Positions 31,550-32,000 of a stretch of 32,000 nt of DNA are shown here, piece by piece. This DNA is from Pirellula staleyi DSM 6068 (GTDB lineage: Bacteria; Planctomycetota; Planctomycetia; Pirellulales; Pirellulaceae): positions 6,000,001 to 6,032,000 of the forward strand of contig CP001848.1 in assembly GCA_000025185.1 (NCBI GenBank). Reading direction: 5' to 3'. A model generated the notes under the pieces. The model did no database searches, was not told the origin of the DNA, and was given only the letters and a program-made list of their open reading frames with translations. How positions within the stretch are numbered: position 1 is the first letter of the stretch; each line of letters starts with the position of its first letter. Position numbers and translations under genes: made by a program.

Positions 31550-32000
31550 TTATTTTGATGTCGCTGTGGCCGGCTGGGTGATCCAATCGGGCTTAAAGCT
31601 GACGAGCGAGAGCCGCGCGTAGGGAGAGCCAGTTCCCTCCGCTTTGCAGCGCTCGAAAAAGCAATGCACGCGACCATCGGGCCCGACTGCGAGGTCGCTG
31701 TAGGCACTTGGGCCGGGTTCGAGAACGCGTTTAGCAGTCCAGGTCTGCCCATCGTCGCGGCTCAACTGCACAGTCAGGTTTTTGCGATCGCGACCAGTTC
31801 CCGGCTTGGGCTCTTTGGTTTTGGCCGACGTCAGATTATCGGGCCCCGCGTAGATCAGCAGTTGCTGTTCACGCGTGGGAACAGCTAGCAAGCTCGCCAT
31901 GCAGATCGGTTCGACCAGAGCCTCATCGAACTTCGGTTCGCTCCAGCCAGTACTTCCATTTTTGCTGAGCGTAATGAGGCGTCGATTGGGCTTTGATTCA
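31550..32000 (-). CDS. BNR/Asp-box repeat glycosidase-like protein (sialidase/GH33-like), C-terminal part only
   Basis: The reading frame stays open from 31900 to the window edge (I translated 31901-31999 by hand and found no stop), so the gene is 5'-truncated by the window. It has the Asp-box SRDDGQTW, followed by PGPSAYSDL. Confidence 0.6.
   Translation of the reverse strand, partial: ESKPNRRLITLSKNGSTGWSEPKFDEALVEPICMASLLAVPTREQQLLIYAGPDNLTSAKTKEPKPGTGRDRKNLTVQLSRDDGQTWTAKRVLEPGPSAYSDLAVGPDGRVHCFFERCKAEGTGSPYARLSLVSFKPDWITQPATATSK

Noticed and set aside
1-32000. Search for CRISPR arrays, transposases/IS ends, phage genes, toxin-antitoxin pairs or known defence-system domains
   Set aside because: I saw no regularly spaced repeats, no terminal inverted repeats flanking an ORF, and no nuclease, ATPase, Sir2, TIR or reverse-transcriptase-like signatures in any frame.

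Overview
This window looks like ordinary but accessory-flavoured chromosomal DNA from a Planctomycetota (Pirellulales-like) bacterium. That inference rests on a DUF1559/prepilin-type 'H-X9-DG' protein with its usual small lipoprotein partner, many Tat or lipoprotein signal peptides, 'NPYQSP'-type N-termini, moderately high GC and many long antisense shadow ORFs. I support about 27 protein genes, one class-II tRNA-Ser(GGA), three good intrinsic terminators and a few conspicuous hairpins and direct repeats.

Gene content, left to right:
- lutB-lutC, with no lutA
- a translationally coupled minus-strand operon: membrane protein, zinc-ribbon membrane protein, multi-cluster radical SAM enzyme, Lgt-like transferase
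- tRNA-Ser
- ABC-F ATPase (Uup-like)
- a TrhO(YceA)-RluA fusion
- a secreted SMP-30/lactonase-like plus PQQ-type sugar dehydrogenase fusion
- an MFS-like transporter divergent from a PhnZ-like HD-domain oxygenase
- a metal-efflux island: His-rich membrane protein, membrane fusion adaptor (MFP), CusA-like RND pump, His-rich lipoprotein, Cys-motif lipoprotein, Tat-exported HMA protein
- a pyruvyl-transferase-like protein
- an aquaporin-arsC pair
- an alpha/beta hydrolase with an extra C-terminal module
- the DUF1559 pair
- glgX
- a truncated BNR/sialidase-like gene

I found no CRISPR array, transposase, integrase or recognisable defence system. The best candidates for something under-described are:
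- the radical-SAM/Lgt-like membrane operon
- the His-rich RND island with its 17-bp perfect hairpin and enlarged pump
- the hand-folded non-canonical geometry of the tRNA-Ser
- the TrhO-RluA fusion
- the orphan PhnZ locus with a perfect 15-bp direct repeat

All product calls come from motif recognition by eye. No database search was run.
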